DNA of 64,000 nt from Octopus vulgaris (GCA_951406725.2 OX597840.1:124001-188000); one strand, 5' to 3'; positions 44,169 through 56,984 are shown, counted from the first letter of the stretch. Notes: generated by a model not told the origin, from the sequence alone. Numbers and translations: made by a program.

Positions 44169-47100
44169 ACCTCTCGAAAGAGCTGTTCTTCACTCCTACT
44201 CCAGAGTGTGGGCTGCGGGGGTCACTCCGAAAAGCTCTATCTGCGACGTTTTCATCTCAATCGAAGGAGAGAGGCTTTCTCCATCCGGGTTGCGGATCCG
44301 TGGAATAAGCTGCCGGACGAGATAGTGAAGATGCCGACGACCGCTCGGTTCAAAGTCTCTCTTGACCAGAAATGGCCTGAACTCTTTGCATGAACACCCT
44401 CCCCGTACATAACTCCCTGTCCCCCTACATGGCCTCACATCATCATAAGCGGAAAGTGCAACTTCTCGAAAGAGCTGTTCTTCACTCCTGCTCCAGAGCG
44501 TCGGCTGCGGGGTCACTCCGAAAAGCTCTATCTGCGACGATTTCATCTCAATCGAAGGAGAGGGGCTTTCTCCGTCCGGGTTGCGGATCCGTGGAATAAG
44601 CTGCCGGACGAGATAGTGAAGATGCCGACGACCGCTTGGTTCAAAGTCTCCCTTGGCCACAAATGGCCTGAACTCTTTGCATGAACACCCTCCCCGTACA
44701 TAACTTCCTGTCCCCCTACATGGCCTCACAACATCATAAGCGGAAAGTGTAACCTCTCGAAAGAGCTGTTCTTCACTCCTGCTCCAGAGCGTCGGCTGCG
44801 GGCTCACTCCGAAAAGCTTTATCTGCGACGTTTTCATCTCAATCGAAGGAGAGGGGCTTTCTCCGTCCGGGTTGCGGATCCGTGGAATAAGCTGCCGGAC
44901 GAGATAGTGAAGATGCCGACGACCGCTTGGTTCAAAGTTCCCCTTGGCCACAAATAGCCTGAACTCTTTGCATGAACACCTTCCCCGTACATAACTCCCT
45001 GTCCCCCTACATGGCCTCACACCATCATAAGCGGAAAGTATAACCTCTCGAAAGAGCTGTTCTTCACTCCTGCTCCAGAGTGTGGGCTGCGGGCTCACTC
45101 CGAAAAGCTCTATCTGCGACGTTTTCATCTCAATCGAAGGAGAGGGGCTTTCTCCGTACGGGTTGCGGATCCGTGGAATAAGCTGCCGGACGAGATAGTG
45201 AAGATGCCGACGACCGCTCGGTTCAAAGTCTCTCTTGACCAGAAATGGCCTGAACTCTTTGCATGAACACCTTCCCCGTACATAACTCCCTGTCCCCCTA
45301 CATGGCCTCACACCATCATAAGCGGAAAGTATAACCTCTCGAAAGAGCTGTTCTTCACTCCTGCTCCAGAGCGTCGGCTGCGGGGTCACTCCGAAAAGCT
45401 CTATCTGCGACGTTTTCATCTCAATCGAAGGAGAGGGGCTTTCTCCGTACGGGTTGCAGTTCCGTGGAATAAGCTGCCGGACAAGATAGCGAAGATGCCG
45501 ACGACCGCTTGGTTCAAAGTCTCCCTTGGCCACAAATGGCCTGAACTCTTTGCATGAACACCCTCCCCGTACATAACTCCCTGTCCCCCTACATGGCCTC
45601 ACATCATCATAAGCGGAAAGTGCAACTTCTCGAAAGAGCTGTTCTTCACTCCTGCTCCAGAGCGTCGGCTGCGGGGTCACTCCGAAAAGCTCTATCTGCG
45701 ACGTTTTCATCTCAATCGAAGGAGAGGGGCTTTCTCCGTACGGGTTGCGGATCCGTGGAATAAGCAGCCGGACGAGATAGTGAAGATGCCGACGACCGCT
45801 TGGTTCAAAGTCTCCCTTGGCCACAAATAGCCTGAACTCTTTGCATGAACACCTTCCCCGTACATAACTCCCTGTCCCCCTACATGGCCTCACATCATCA
45901 TAAGCGGAAAGTGCAACTTCTCGAAAGAGCTGTTCTTCACTCCTGCTCCAGAGCGTCGGCTGCGGGGGTCACTCCGAAAAGCTCTATCTGCGACGTTTTC
46001 ATCTCAATCGAAGGAGAGGGGCTTTCTCCGTACGGGTTGCGGATCCATGGAATAAGCTGCCGGACAAGATAGTGAAGATGCCGACGACCGCTTGGTTCAA
46101 AGTCTCCTTGGCCACAAATGGCCTGAACTCTTTGCATGAACACCCTCCCGTACATAACTCCCTGTCCCCCTACATGGCCTCACATCATCATAAGCGGAAA
46201 GTGCAACTTCTCGAAAGAGCTGTTCTTCACTCCTGCTCCAGAGCGTCGGCTGCGGGGGTCACTCCGAAAAGCTCTATCTGCGACGATTTCATCTCAATCG
46301 AAGGAGAGAGGCTTTCTCCGTCCGGGTTGCGGATCCGTGGAATAAGCTGCCGGACAAGATAGTGAAGATACCGACGACCGCTTGGTTCAAAGTCTCCCTT
46401 GGCCACAAATGGCCTGAACTCTTTGCATGAACACCTTCCCCGTACATAACTCCCTGTCCCCCTACATGGCCTCACATCATCATAAGCGGAAAGTGCAACT
46501 TCTCGAAAGAGCTGTTCTTCACTCCTGCTCCAGAGCGTCGGCTGCGGGGGTCACTCCGAAAAGCTCTATCTGCGACGATTTCATCTCAATCGAAGGAGAG
46601 GGGCTTTCTCCGTCCGGGTTGCGGATCCGTGGAATAAGCAGCCGGACGAGATAGTGAAGATGCCGACGACCGCTTGGTTCAAAGTCTCCCTTGGCCACAA
46701 ATGGCCTGAACTCTTTGCATGAACACCTTCCCCGTACATAACTCTCTGTCCCCCTACATGGCCTCACATCATCATAAGCGGAAAGTGCAACTTCTCGAAA
46801 GAGCTGTTCTTCACTCCTGCTCCAGAGCGTCGGCTGCGGGGTCACTCCGAAAAGCTCTATCTGCGACGATTTCATCTCAATCGAAGGAGAGGGGCTTTCT
46901 CCGTCCGGGTTGCGGATCCGTGGAATAAGCAGCCGGACGAGATAGTGAAGATGCCGACGACCGCTTGGTTCAAAGTCTCCCTTGGCCACAAATGGCCTGA
47001 ACTCTTTGCATGAACACCTTCCCCGTACATAACTCTCTGTCCCCCTACATGGCCTCACATCATCATAAGCGGAAAGTGCAACTTCTCGAAAGAGCTGTTC

Positions 47101-47509
47101 TTCACTCCTGCTCCAGAGCGTCGGCTGCGGGGGTCACTCCGAAAAGCTCTATCTGCGACGATTTCATCTCAATCGAAGGAGAGGGGCTTTCTCCGTCCGG
47201 GTTGCGGATCCGTGGAATAAGCAGCCGGACGAGATAGTGAAGATGCCGACAACCGCTCGGTTCAAAGTCTCTCTTGGCCACAAATGGCCTGAACTCTTTG
47301 CATGAACACCCTCCCTGTACATAACACCATGTCCCCCTACATGGCCTTGCTTTTTGCTTTTTGAACCATGACTGCTCGGTTCAAAGTCTCTCTTGACCAG
47401 AAATGGCCTGAACTCTTTGCATGAACACCCTCCCTGTACATAACTCCATGTCCCCCTACATGGCCTTGCTATTTGCTTTCTGAGCCAAAAAATTAACTAA
47501 CTAACTAAC
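44165..47509 (+). mobile_element. Tandem array of 11 x ~291-bp units derived from a CR1/L2-type LINE 3' end, finishing with a real LINE tail
   Basis: Unit junctions at 44436, 44727, 45018, 45309, 45600, 45891, 46181, 46473, 46765 and 47056. A unit encodes HIIISGKCNFSKELFFTPAPERRLRGHSEKLYLRRFHLNRRRGAFSVRVADPWNKLPDEIVKMPTTAWFKVSLGHKWPELFA* (RGHxxKL...FSxRVxxxWNxLP...FKxxL, the ORF2 C-terminus) plus 42 nt of UTR. The array ends ...gagccaaaaaattaactaactaactaac. Confidence 0.93.
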
Positions 47510-48179
47510 ATATACACACATACACACAGGTACATACACTCAAACACAAACACGTTCAAACATATACACACACCCACAAACACACACATACACGCACACA
47601 CAACCCAAACGCATACATACATGCACACGCACATGCATACATATACATACACATACACCACAATACACACACACACACACATGCATATACACACATACAC
47701 ACACGTACATATATACACGCAAATACAAACACGTACAAACATATACACACACCCACAAACACACACATACACGCACACACAACCCAAACGCATACATACA
47801 TACATGCACACGCACATGCATACATATACATACACATACACCACAATACACACACACACACGCACACACGCATACATACACATACACACATACATACATA
47901 TATATATAAATCCAGAAAAATCATGTAAAACGACATAATCGCTCACAAACGTACAAGAAGACTTGCGCATATGGACAAAAACCAAAACCACACAAACACA
48001 CGCATACACACACACACACTATACACATACGCATACCTACATACATTTCTATAACTATATACACACATACACGCAGACATATTCTTCCCGTTTCCGCCCA
48101 CATTTTTTGTTCTCATGTTAATAACTTAAGCCAAAAAGCAACACTTACTCCGCCTCTCTTTCTCACATCCACACACTTA

Positions 48180-48191
48180 GCGTATATGTGT

Positions 48192-48273
<82 letters not shown>

Positions 48274-48404
48274 GTGTGTGTAAGTGTAATTTAAACATCA
48301 AAAACCTAAAATAAAGACTCATGAAACAAAAGACGTTGCTTTAACCCGCTCCTACACGTTATACACCCGCCCGTATATATGTATGTATATATGCGTGTAT
48401 ATAA

Positions 48405-48446
<42 letters not shown>

Positions 48447-48470
48447 GAATATATATCTACATACATATAC

Positions 48471-48517
<47 letters not shown>

Positions 48518-48803
48518 TGTGTGTGTGTGTGTGTGTGTATGTATGTGTATATATGTATATATATCTATATATATATACATATATATATAAATATTTATAT
48601 ATATGTATATATATATGTATATATATATACATACATAATATATTTATGTATGCTTGTATATATATATATATACATACATATATATATGTATATATATATA
48701 CATACATATATATATATATATGTATCTATATATTTGTATATATATGAATATATTCTTTTATTCTTGTTTTAGTCATTTGACTGCGGACATGCTGGAGCAC
48801 CGC

Positions 48804-48849
<46 letters not shown>

Positions 48850-49016
48850 TTGTATCTGCGTAGGTTGTGTGTGTCTAACTCTGTGATTGAGTGTATATCC
48901 TTGTATATGTCCGCATACTTGTATATATTTATTTATGCACAAACTCAGTCACACACAAACACACTGACACCAATACACATGTACTATATATATATATACA
49001 CACACACACACATATA

Positions 49017-49083
<67 letters not shown>

Positions 49084-49389
49084 TGTGTGTATGTATATAT
49101 ATATATATATATATGCATATACGATTACATATATACATGCACACATTATTATACGTGTGTGTATATATCTAAACATACATACATTAATAAAGTCGTTAGT
49201 GCATGTACACATACACGTATATATTCATAAGGATAAGGATATATAAATGTATACATGCATATACATATATATACATATACATATACATATATATATATAT
49301 ATACACACGCACACGCACACACATATATATATATACACACACATAAATGTATGCATATTTTTATGCACACACATTATATATGTACATAA

Positions 49390-49426
<37 letters not shown>

Positions 49427-49465
49427 AATTTATACACACACACACATACATATATATATGTATAT

Positions 49466-49499
<34 letters not shown>

Positions 49500-49540
49500 A
49501 TGTACATATATATACATACACTTGTGTATATGTACGCGTT
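48180..49540. repeat. Compound (TG)/(TA) microsatellites, with a SINE A tail fragment at ~48755-48807
   Basis: Visible. Confidence 0.9.
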
Positions 49541-49882
49541 AGACAATGGAAAAAATAAACCAAAACACCAGCCATCCAACCAACCGACCAACATGCAATA
49601 AACATCAGCAACAACAGGAACGATAACACCACCACCACCACCAACACCACCACCATAACAACAACAACCACAACCGCAACAACAATGGCAAGAACAAGAC
49701 AAAGCAAAAGAGAGTTGAATATTGAAAGGGGTCTGTTCAATGGCCAGTCTTATCTGTAGCTCTTCTGAAATAAATTTTCATTCATTTTTATTCATGGGAT
49801 TTTAAAACTAAGCCAACAACAACAAGAACAAGAAGAATAATGATAATAATAATAATAATAATAGCCAGGAACAAGAACAATA

Positions 49883-49942
<60 letters not shown>

Positions 49943-50204
49943 GCTATTAGAATAACTATAACGGCAACAAAGCGGACAAAAGTGCCGACCGAAAAAAAAA
50001 AATAAATAAAAATATATATATATATAAAAATAAGATTAAAATATATATTTAAAAAAATATATATAAGAAGAAGAAACAAAAAAAGAAAAAGAAAAAGAAA
50101 ATCTCGTGGAGGAGCGATAACAATAACAACAACAACAACAACAACAACAACTGCGATGCCGATAACAACAACAAAATAAAAACAACAACATCTACCACAG
50201 TTGC

Positions 50205-50218
50205 TTCTGCTGCTGCTG

Positions 50219-50266
<48 letters not shown>

Positions 50267-50314
50267 CTGCTGCTGCTAATGGGAAAGGAATCAACAAGCT
50301 TCACAATGAGATCA

Positions 50315-50361
<47 letters not shown>

Positions 50362-50444
50362 CACTACTACTACTACTACTACTACTGTCATTACTTCTAC
50401 GACTACTAATGGAAAAGGAATCAACAAGTTCCACAATAAGATCA

Positions 50445-50524
<80 letters not shown>

Positions 50525-50530
50525 GATAAG
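50205..50530. repeat. (ACT)n array with a duplicated 45-bp spacer
   Basis: ctaatgg(g/a)aaaggaatcaacaag...agatcaac occurs at ~50276 and ~50406. Confidence 0.85.
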
Positions 50531-51030
50531 AGCCAAAGCATCAACCTTCGTAATAATGTTTTCTTTATTCGCCACTAAGGGTTCACAAAAAGACATTGAA
50601 AATGGTTGAGGACAATGCAGTTTTTGGGGTTACATAAAATGCAGCTTTTAAACAATGAAAACGATAGCAAAATAAATTTTAACAACCTGAAATTCCCGCA
50701 AACGAGGGTAACTTCCTAGGGCTATTCGTAAAGACTTTGCCCACAAAAACGCGGCCGCCCTGACCACTGGGAACAAATGAATACCCTTTCTACATCATTC
50801 TCTTTCAAACTACGGGCAAAGGCTTAGAGGAGGCCCGTTCACTCGGACCATTCTTACCACAAGAAGTTCCATAACTTCCACGTGATCTAGACCTACTAGA
50901 TCACGTATTTTCAGTCTTTCTTGGCATTGCCAATGGTAGAAGCACGAAGCTAGACAGCAATTACTCCGTAAGCGATATACATAGCTCCCCAGTATCTCAG
51001 TGTCTAAGATATATATATATATATATATAT

Positions 51031-51073
<43 letters not shown>

Positions 51074-51075
<2 letters not shown>

Positions 51076-51360
51076 TCTTTGCTCTTTTACTTGTTTCAGT
51101 CATTTGACTGCGGCCATGCTGAAGCACCGCCTTTAGTCGAGCAAATCAACCCCGGTACTTATTCTTTGTAAGCCCAGTACTTATTCTATCGGTCTCTTTT
51201 TTGCCGAACCGCTAATTGACGGGCACGTAAGCACACCAGCATCGGTTGTCAAACAATGCTAGGGGGACAAACACACACATATATATATACACATATATAC
51301 GACAGGCTTCTTTCAGTTTCCGTCTACCAAATCCACTCACAGGCATTGGTCGGCCCGGGG

Positions 51361-51362
<2 letters not shown>
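51074..51362 (-). mobile_element. SINE family A, 5'-truncated
   Basis: Family A sequence match. Confidence 0.88.
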
Positions 51363-51412
<50 letters not shown>

Positions 51413-51419
<7 letters not shown>

Positions 51420-51513
51420 GAAAGAAGGTTTGAAAATGCAATTTAAAAGATGTTTATTTACTTAGTAAATAAACATCTTTTAAATTGCATTTTCAAACCT
51501 TCTTTCGTATATA
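51413..51513. repeat. Perfect palindrome (44-bp unique arms, 1-nt centre at 51463)
   Basis: cgaaagaaggtttgaaaatgcaatttaaaagatgtttatttact-t-agtaaataaacatcttttaaattgcattttcaaaccttctttcg. Confidence 0.92.
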
Positions 51514-51544
51514 ATTCCACTCGTGCGATACCCCACAACTCAAC

Positions 51545-51602
<58 letters not shown>

Positions 51603-51687
51603 CATACATACAAAATGGAAGGTGTTTATAAGCCATTTCAAAACACACAAAAGCCGTTGTTAGATTCACTACAACATTTAAATTAGA

Positions 51688-51738
51688 TTTGCCAAAATAT
51701 TTTCGTTGCTTTGAGACTGCGACCTGTTCACAGACAAA
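51688..51738 (-). ncRNA. Hammerhead-like motif with G3-C8 core
   Basis: Minus strand: tttgtct-GTGAACA-g-gtcgc-agtctcaaa-gcaac-GAAA-atat-TT-tggcaaa. Second copy at 56178-56228. Confidence 0.55.
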
Positions 51739-51743
51739 ATTCC

Positions 51744-51811
<68 letters not shown>

Positions 51812-52010
51812 GTATATATGTATATATGTATGTGTATATATGTATATATATATGAATGTATATATATGTGTGTATATATGTATGTATGAATACACACACA
51901 CACACATATATATATATGTATAAATATATCCTACTTATATATATATACATACATGAATATATATATATATAAATATATCCTACTTATATATATATATATA
52001 TATACATATA

Positions 52011-52325
52011 TATATTGTATAAAGGATCGTGGGTAAGGCCAGAAAAATGCGAAGTAAATGCAAGGTAAATCACAAGAAAACAAATATGTGAATTAATGTA
52101 GACTAACCTTGTATTCAATATTTCGGGGCTATGACCCCGTTTCCAAGAAATTGACGAGACGATTGTTGCCGGCAACATTCGACAGTTTCTTAAAAACGGG
52201 GTCATAACCCTGAAATATTGAATACAAGGTAAGTCTACATTAATTCACATATTTGTTTTCTTGTGATTTACCTTGCATTCACTTCGCATTGTCTTGGCCT
52301 TACCCACGATCCTTTATACAATATA
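52011..52325. repeat. ~315-bp near-perfect fold-back hairpin
   Basis: 52011-52155 is the reverse complement of ~52180-52325 with few mismatches. The centre contains the palindrome tgttgccggcaaca. Confidence 0.92.
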
Positions 52326-52687
52326 ATCTTCACAATACTTCATAGTAATGATTAAATTATAATATATATATATCTTAATCTTAATTTCCTAATTTTCCCC
52401 TTCTATCAATGTTCACAGAACACCTCAGTACAACAAAGAATGAATACAGAGGCAACTTTCATCAATAAATATCTTCCCTAACTCAATATGAGCACATAAC
52501 ATAATACAGAACACTACTAACCTTTCAATTAATACCACTAACCCGCATACATCCCATACACCATTCACATTACAGATCTATATCTACCCTAATTGCACCA
52601 AATCCAGAACTACTTACCTCCCTTACACATAATCGTTTTACCCAGGGACTAATAGACCTGACACCGTTCATTAATCGGTGTGCATTC

Positions 52688-52748
52688 AAAGCAATGAATA
52701 GTTGTATTCACATCAATGATTAGTAAATTCACGAAACCGGTATGCTTT
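52688..52748 (+). ncRNA. Hammerhead-like motif with A3-U8 core
   Basis: aaagca-ATGAATA-gt...ac-GAAA-c-cg-g-TA-tgcttt. Stem I is a perfect 6 bp, stem III is palindromic, stem II is weak. Confidence 0.55.
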
Positions 52749-52953
52749 TGAATCTCTTTAACAATTCACAATAATGGCCTTTATTACTTTTTTTCCTACC
52801 TCAGTTCATCTAATTGTATATATCTATCGATACTTTTCATAAAAACCCAATATTTTTTTTCGATTTCCACTGTGCATTTTCGCATATTTTTTCTTTTTAC
52901 TTTCCCCTTACATTTCCATGTGTAGTTTCTATTTTCTTTTTGTAACATATTTC

Positions 52954-53012
<59 letters not shown>

Positions 53013-53656
53013 CATATACACACACATATATGTGTGTATATATGTATGTATGTGTGTATGTACGTGTGTGTAATTATATACATGCATATATAAACATTTG
53101 CAAACAAATAACCACACAGGCACAAACACACATACAAACACACACACATACATACACATACACACATATGTTCTAATGAAGGTAAGCAAGCCATAACTTA
53201 GAAGCTGTTGCCTTTCTTTTCCTCGTAAAAGTAAATAAACATGGTGTCTACTAACAAGTATTGACTAATCCTTCAGTTTAAAGTGAAATAGTTTTTATAT
53301 CCAAATTCACGTAAGAACAAGAATTCATTTGTATGTATGTATGTATGTATGTATGTATGTATGTATGTATGTATGTATGTATGTATGTATGTATGTATGT
53401 ATGTATGTATCTATCTATCTGTTTGTCTGTCTGTCTGTCTGTCTAGCAGTATATCTATCTATTGATCTATCTACATACACACACACGCATATATGTATCA
53501 CCTGCCTTTTACCAGTTATGTGTCTATATATGTATATAAGCTTATGTATATATATATGTATATATGTATACACACACATAACACATACCAATATATGAAT
53601 ACATATAGATAATATCTATCTTTATATCTATCTGTCAATCTGTCTGTCTCTCTGCT

Positions 53657-53687
<31 letters not shown>

Positions 53688-53823
53688 GTACAATTAATAT
53701 ATATATATATATACATACATATATATGTAATATATGTGTACTTATATGTACACATAGTTATGTATATATATATACATTCATATATACGTATAATATATAT
53801 ATATATACATATACATACATATA

Positions 53824-53862
<39 letters not shown>

Positions 53863-53927
53863 TACAATATATATATCTACACGTATATATATATAAATAC
53901 ACATATATAAATACATATATAAACATG

Positions 53928-53990
<63 letters not shown>

Positions 53991-54326
53991 ACACATATAT
54001 ACACTCATACCAACAACCATATAAGTTAGCATCCCTAATGATGGTTAATCACGCTTTAAGCTACTTTACATACATGTCATTATCGTTCGTCAACTTTCGC
54101 ACGCCCCTTCTTTTTCATTCTTTCTTTTTTTTCTTCTCTCTTTACATATTTCCCCTCCATATTGCATTTCTTTCAACATTTCCTCCGCCCCCTGTTTTTT
54201 TCCCTTCCTCCACAATCCCTTAACCCATTCAACCCTACTTTTTGTTGTTGTTTTGTTTCGTTTCGAATACGTCACCCTCTTCCTTCCAATTATCTTCGGC
54301 ACATTACGAAACAGCGAACACACTTC

Positions 54327-54613
54327 ACACACACACACATGCACACACACACACACACATACACACACACACACACACGCACGCACACGCACACACACAC
54401 AAACATACACACGCACAAACATACACACAAACACACAAACACACACACGCACACATACACACACACATACACACACACACACACACAAACACATACACAA
54501 ACACACACACACACAACACACACACACACACACAACACACACACACACACAAACACATACACACATACAAATACACACACGCACACACATACACACAAAC
54601 ACATACACACACA

Positions 54614-54661
<48 letters not shown>

Positions 54662-54949
54662 AACACACACACAAACATACACACACACAAACACACACAA
54701 GCACACACACAGACAAACACACACACGCACAAACATACACACAAACACACAAACACACACACAAACACACAAACACACACACAAACACACACATACACAC
54801 AGACAAACACACACACACACACACACAAACACACACAAACACATACACACACACACGCACACACACACATACACACACACACGCGAACACAAACACGCAC
54901 ACACACACACACACACAAAACACACACACACAAACACAAACACACAAAC

Positions 54950-54982
<33 letters not shown>

Positions 54983-55015
54983 AACACACACACACAAACA
55001 CACGCAGGCACGCAG

Positions 55016-55066
<51 letters not shown>

Positions 55067-55068
55067 CG
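54327..55068. repeat. (CA)n/(CACAAA)n array ending in (CACG)n
   Basis: Visible. Confidence 0.95.
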
Positions 55069-55429
55069 AATTCGTATTCCGTATCCCCTTAACCACCTCA
55101 TATTCATTGCAAACTATTGAACCCCGCAACAGTCTATGGCATCATACTTATTCTCCTTACTCTCGTTTCCCTATGCATTTATATAAGCATCTCTATCTGT
55201 CTGTTTGTCTGTCGGTCTGTCGGTCTGTCTGTCTGTCTGTCTGTTCCTCTCTCTCTCTCTCTTTCTCTCTCACTCTCTCTTTCTCTTGCCATTCGGTCCC
55301 ATCTTTGCCCAGAACTATGTAGCATTGATCAAGTCTCACACGCCCTGAAATGTGTAAGTTTGCGTGTACGTAGATGTGTATGTGTGTGTGTGTGTGTGCA
55401 CATACACTCATATATATATACATATATAA

Positions 55430-55465
<36 letters not shown>

Positions 55466-55868
55466 AGATACACATACACACACGTATTATAATGCATGTT
55501 TATAAAACACGAAAAGAATATATATATATGTATAAACATATATTATATATATATATACACGCGCGTGTATGTACATGTGTGTGTATACACACACAAGTAG
55601 ACACACACACACACATATATATTTGTATATATATGTATATATAGCCACACACAAACCTACATGCACAAATCAAGGTAAATATTCTACGTGCTGTTGCTAT
55701 CAAAAATTGTCTTAACCGATACGTGAGTTTGAAATTTTCGCAATGTAATCTGAAGCCATGAACAGAATTTGTAAGTCCATCCTTTTGATTCGTACACAAC
55801 TTACAAATGTAGCCGAGAAGTGTTTTTTACACATCAATATCTAAGTTCTTTGTCGACGCTCCGAAGTA

Positions 55869-55956
55869 TTGGGCAAGTATCTTCTACTATAGCCTCGGGC
55901 GGACCAAAACCTTGCGAGTGGATTTGGTAGACGGAAACTGAAAGAAGCCCGTCGTA

Positions 55957-55960
<4 letters not shown>
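55869..55960 (+). mobile_element. SINE family A fragment
   Basis: Family A sequence match. Confidence 0.75.
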
Positions 55961-56037
<77 letters not shown>

Positions 56038-56245
56038 TACGGAGATGTACTTGCATAGCAAGTGACCTGGTCTGAGATCGTGTGTTTGAACGAAAACAAT
56101 TGCAGTGTGGAAGGTGTTTATAAGCCATTTAAGAAACACACAAAAACGATTCGATTCACTGCAACATTTAAATTTAATTTGTCAAAATATTTTCGTCGCT
56201 TTGAGACCGGGACCTGTTCACTGACAAAACTTCGTGCTGCATCTC
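56038..56245 (-). mobile_element. Penelope-like remnant (same family as 51615-51745)
   Basis: Shared text 'ggaaggtgtttataagccattt...acaacatttaaatt...aaaatattttcg...gacctgttca'. It adjoins (TA)n and carries a hammerhead-like motif. Confidence 0.55.
56178..56228 (-). ncRNA. Hammerhead-like motif with G3-C8 core
   Basis: Minus strand: tttgtca-GTGAACA-g-gtccc-ggtctcaaa-gcgac-GAAA-atat-TT-tgacaaa. Stem I is a perfect 7 bp. Confidence 0.62.
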
Positions 56246-56254
56246 GAAGTTTTG

Positions 56255-56810
56255 CAGTACGAAGTTACCTTCTCGGTTGTGGTTGAGCTTTTTTCCCTTT
56301 CTCCAAGCCACTGTTTTCAACGTTTAACATTTCGATAGAAGATTCATTTTCCGTTACCAGTCACAAGTCTATCCAAAAGAGTGAAATGAGTTCACGAGTA
56401 TGGAGATACGAACAGATGTCAACTCGGGATTTGGGGTTGCTTTCGGACAATTCCTGAGGCACCCATTTTTCAAGTTTAGGAACCTTTCCAAGTTGTCGAA
56501 GATGACGATGAACAGTTGTATGGTTAGAACTAAGCTTTATTGCCAATTCTTCAACTGATAATGCAGGATTTTCTTCAAGTAATGCCTCAAGGAGCTTATC
56601 ATCAAACTCAACTGGAGATCCTGTTCGATCTTCATCTTCAAGGCTGAAATCTCCACTTTTGAATTTTACGAACCATCTTCTAAAAGTTCTTTCATTCAAG
56701 CATTCTTTCCCATAAACTGAGTGCATGTTTTGAGTCTCTTTGGCTGCAGAGTTTCCTTTTTTGTACTCATAAAGCATTTTGTGCCTCAAATGCTCTTTGG
56801 ATACTTCCAT
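56255..56810 (-). pseudogene. Mariner (Mos1/Hsmar-like) transposase, N-terminal half, frameshifted and truncated
   Basis: MEVSKEHLRHKMLYEYKKGNSAAK...RRWFVKFKSGDFSLEDEDRTGSP...KWVPQELSE covers the two HTH domains and the WVPHEL linker. A frameshift follows into LDRLVTG..., and stops appear after that. Confidence 0.92.
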
Positions 56811-56984
56811 GTTAGAAAGGGTTTTAATCAAAGAAATTTTAATTCTATTATTCTGTAAAATAACATTTAATTAGTTTAAATGTTTACAATTGCGGAAAAA
56901 TAATTTTAAATTCCATTAGACATTCTAAAATACAATTAAATTTCATTCAATTTTAAAAAAGGTGAAATCGTGGTATATATATAC

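Noticed and set aside
44196-45893. 565-aa minus-strand ORF
   Set aside because: It is antisense to the LINE units and stays open only because the unit is 291 bp (a multiple of 3) and lacks a stop in that frame. It breaks where units are 290 or 292 bp.
44165-47509. CRISPR array or hammerhead-containing retrozyme reading of the tandem array
   Set aside because: There are no unique spacers, and I found no CUGANGA/GAAA hammerhead layout in the unit on either strand. The unit is LINE ORF2-derived.
50880-50906. Small hairpin acgtgatctag-accta-ctagatcacgt
   Set aside because: The 11-bp arms are isolated and have no context supporting a function.
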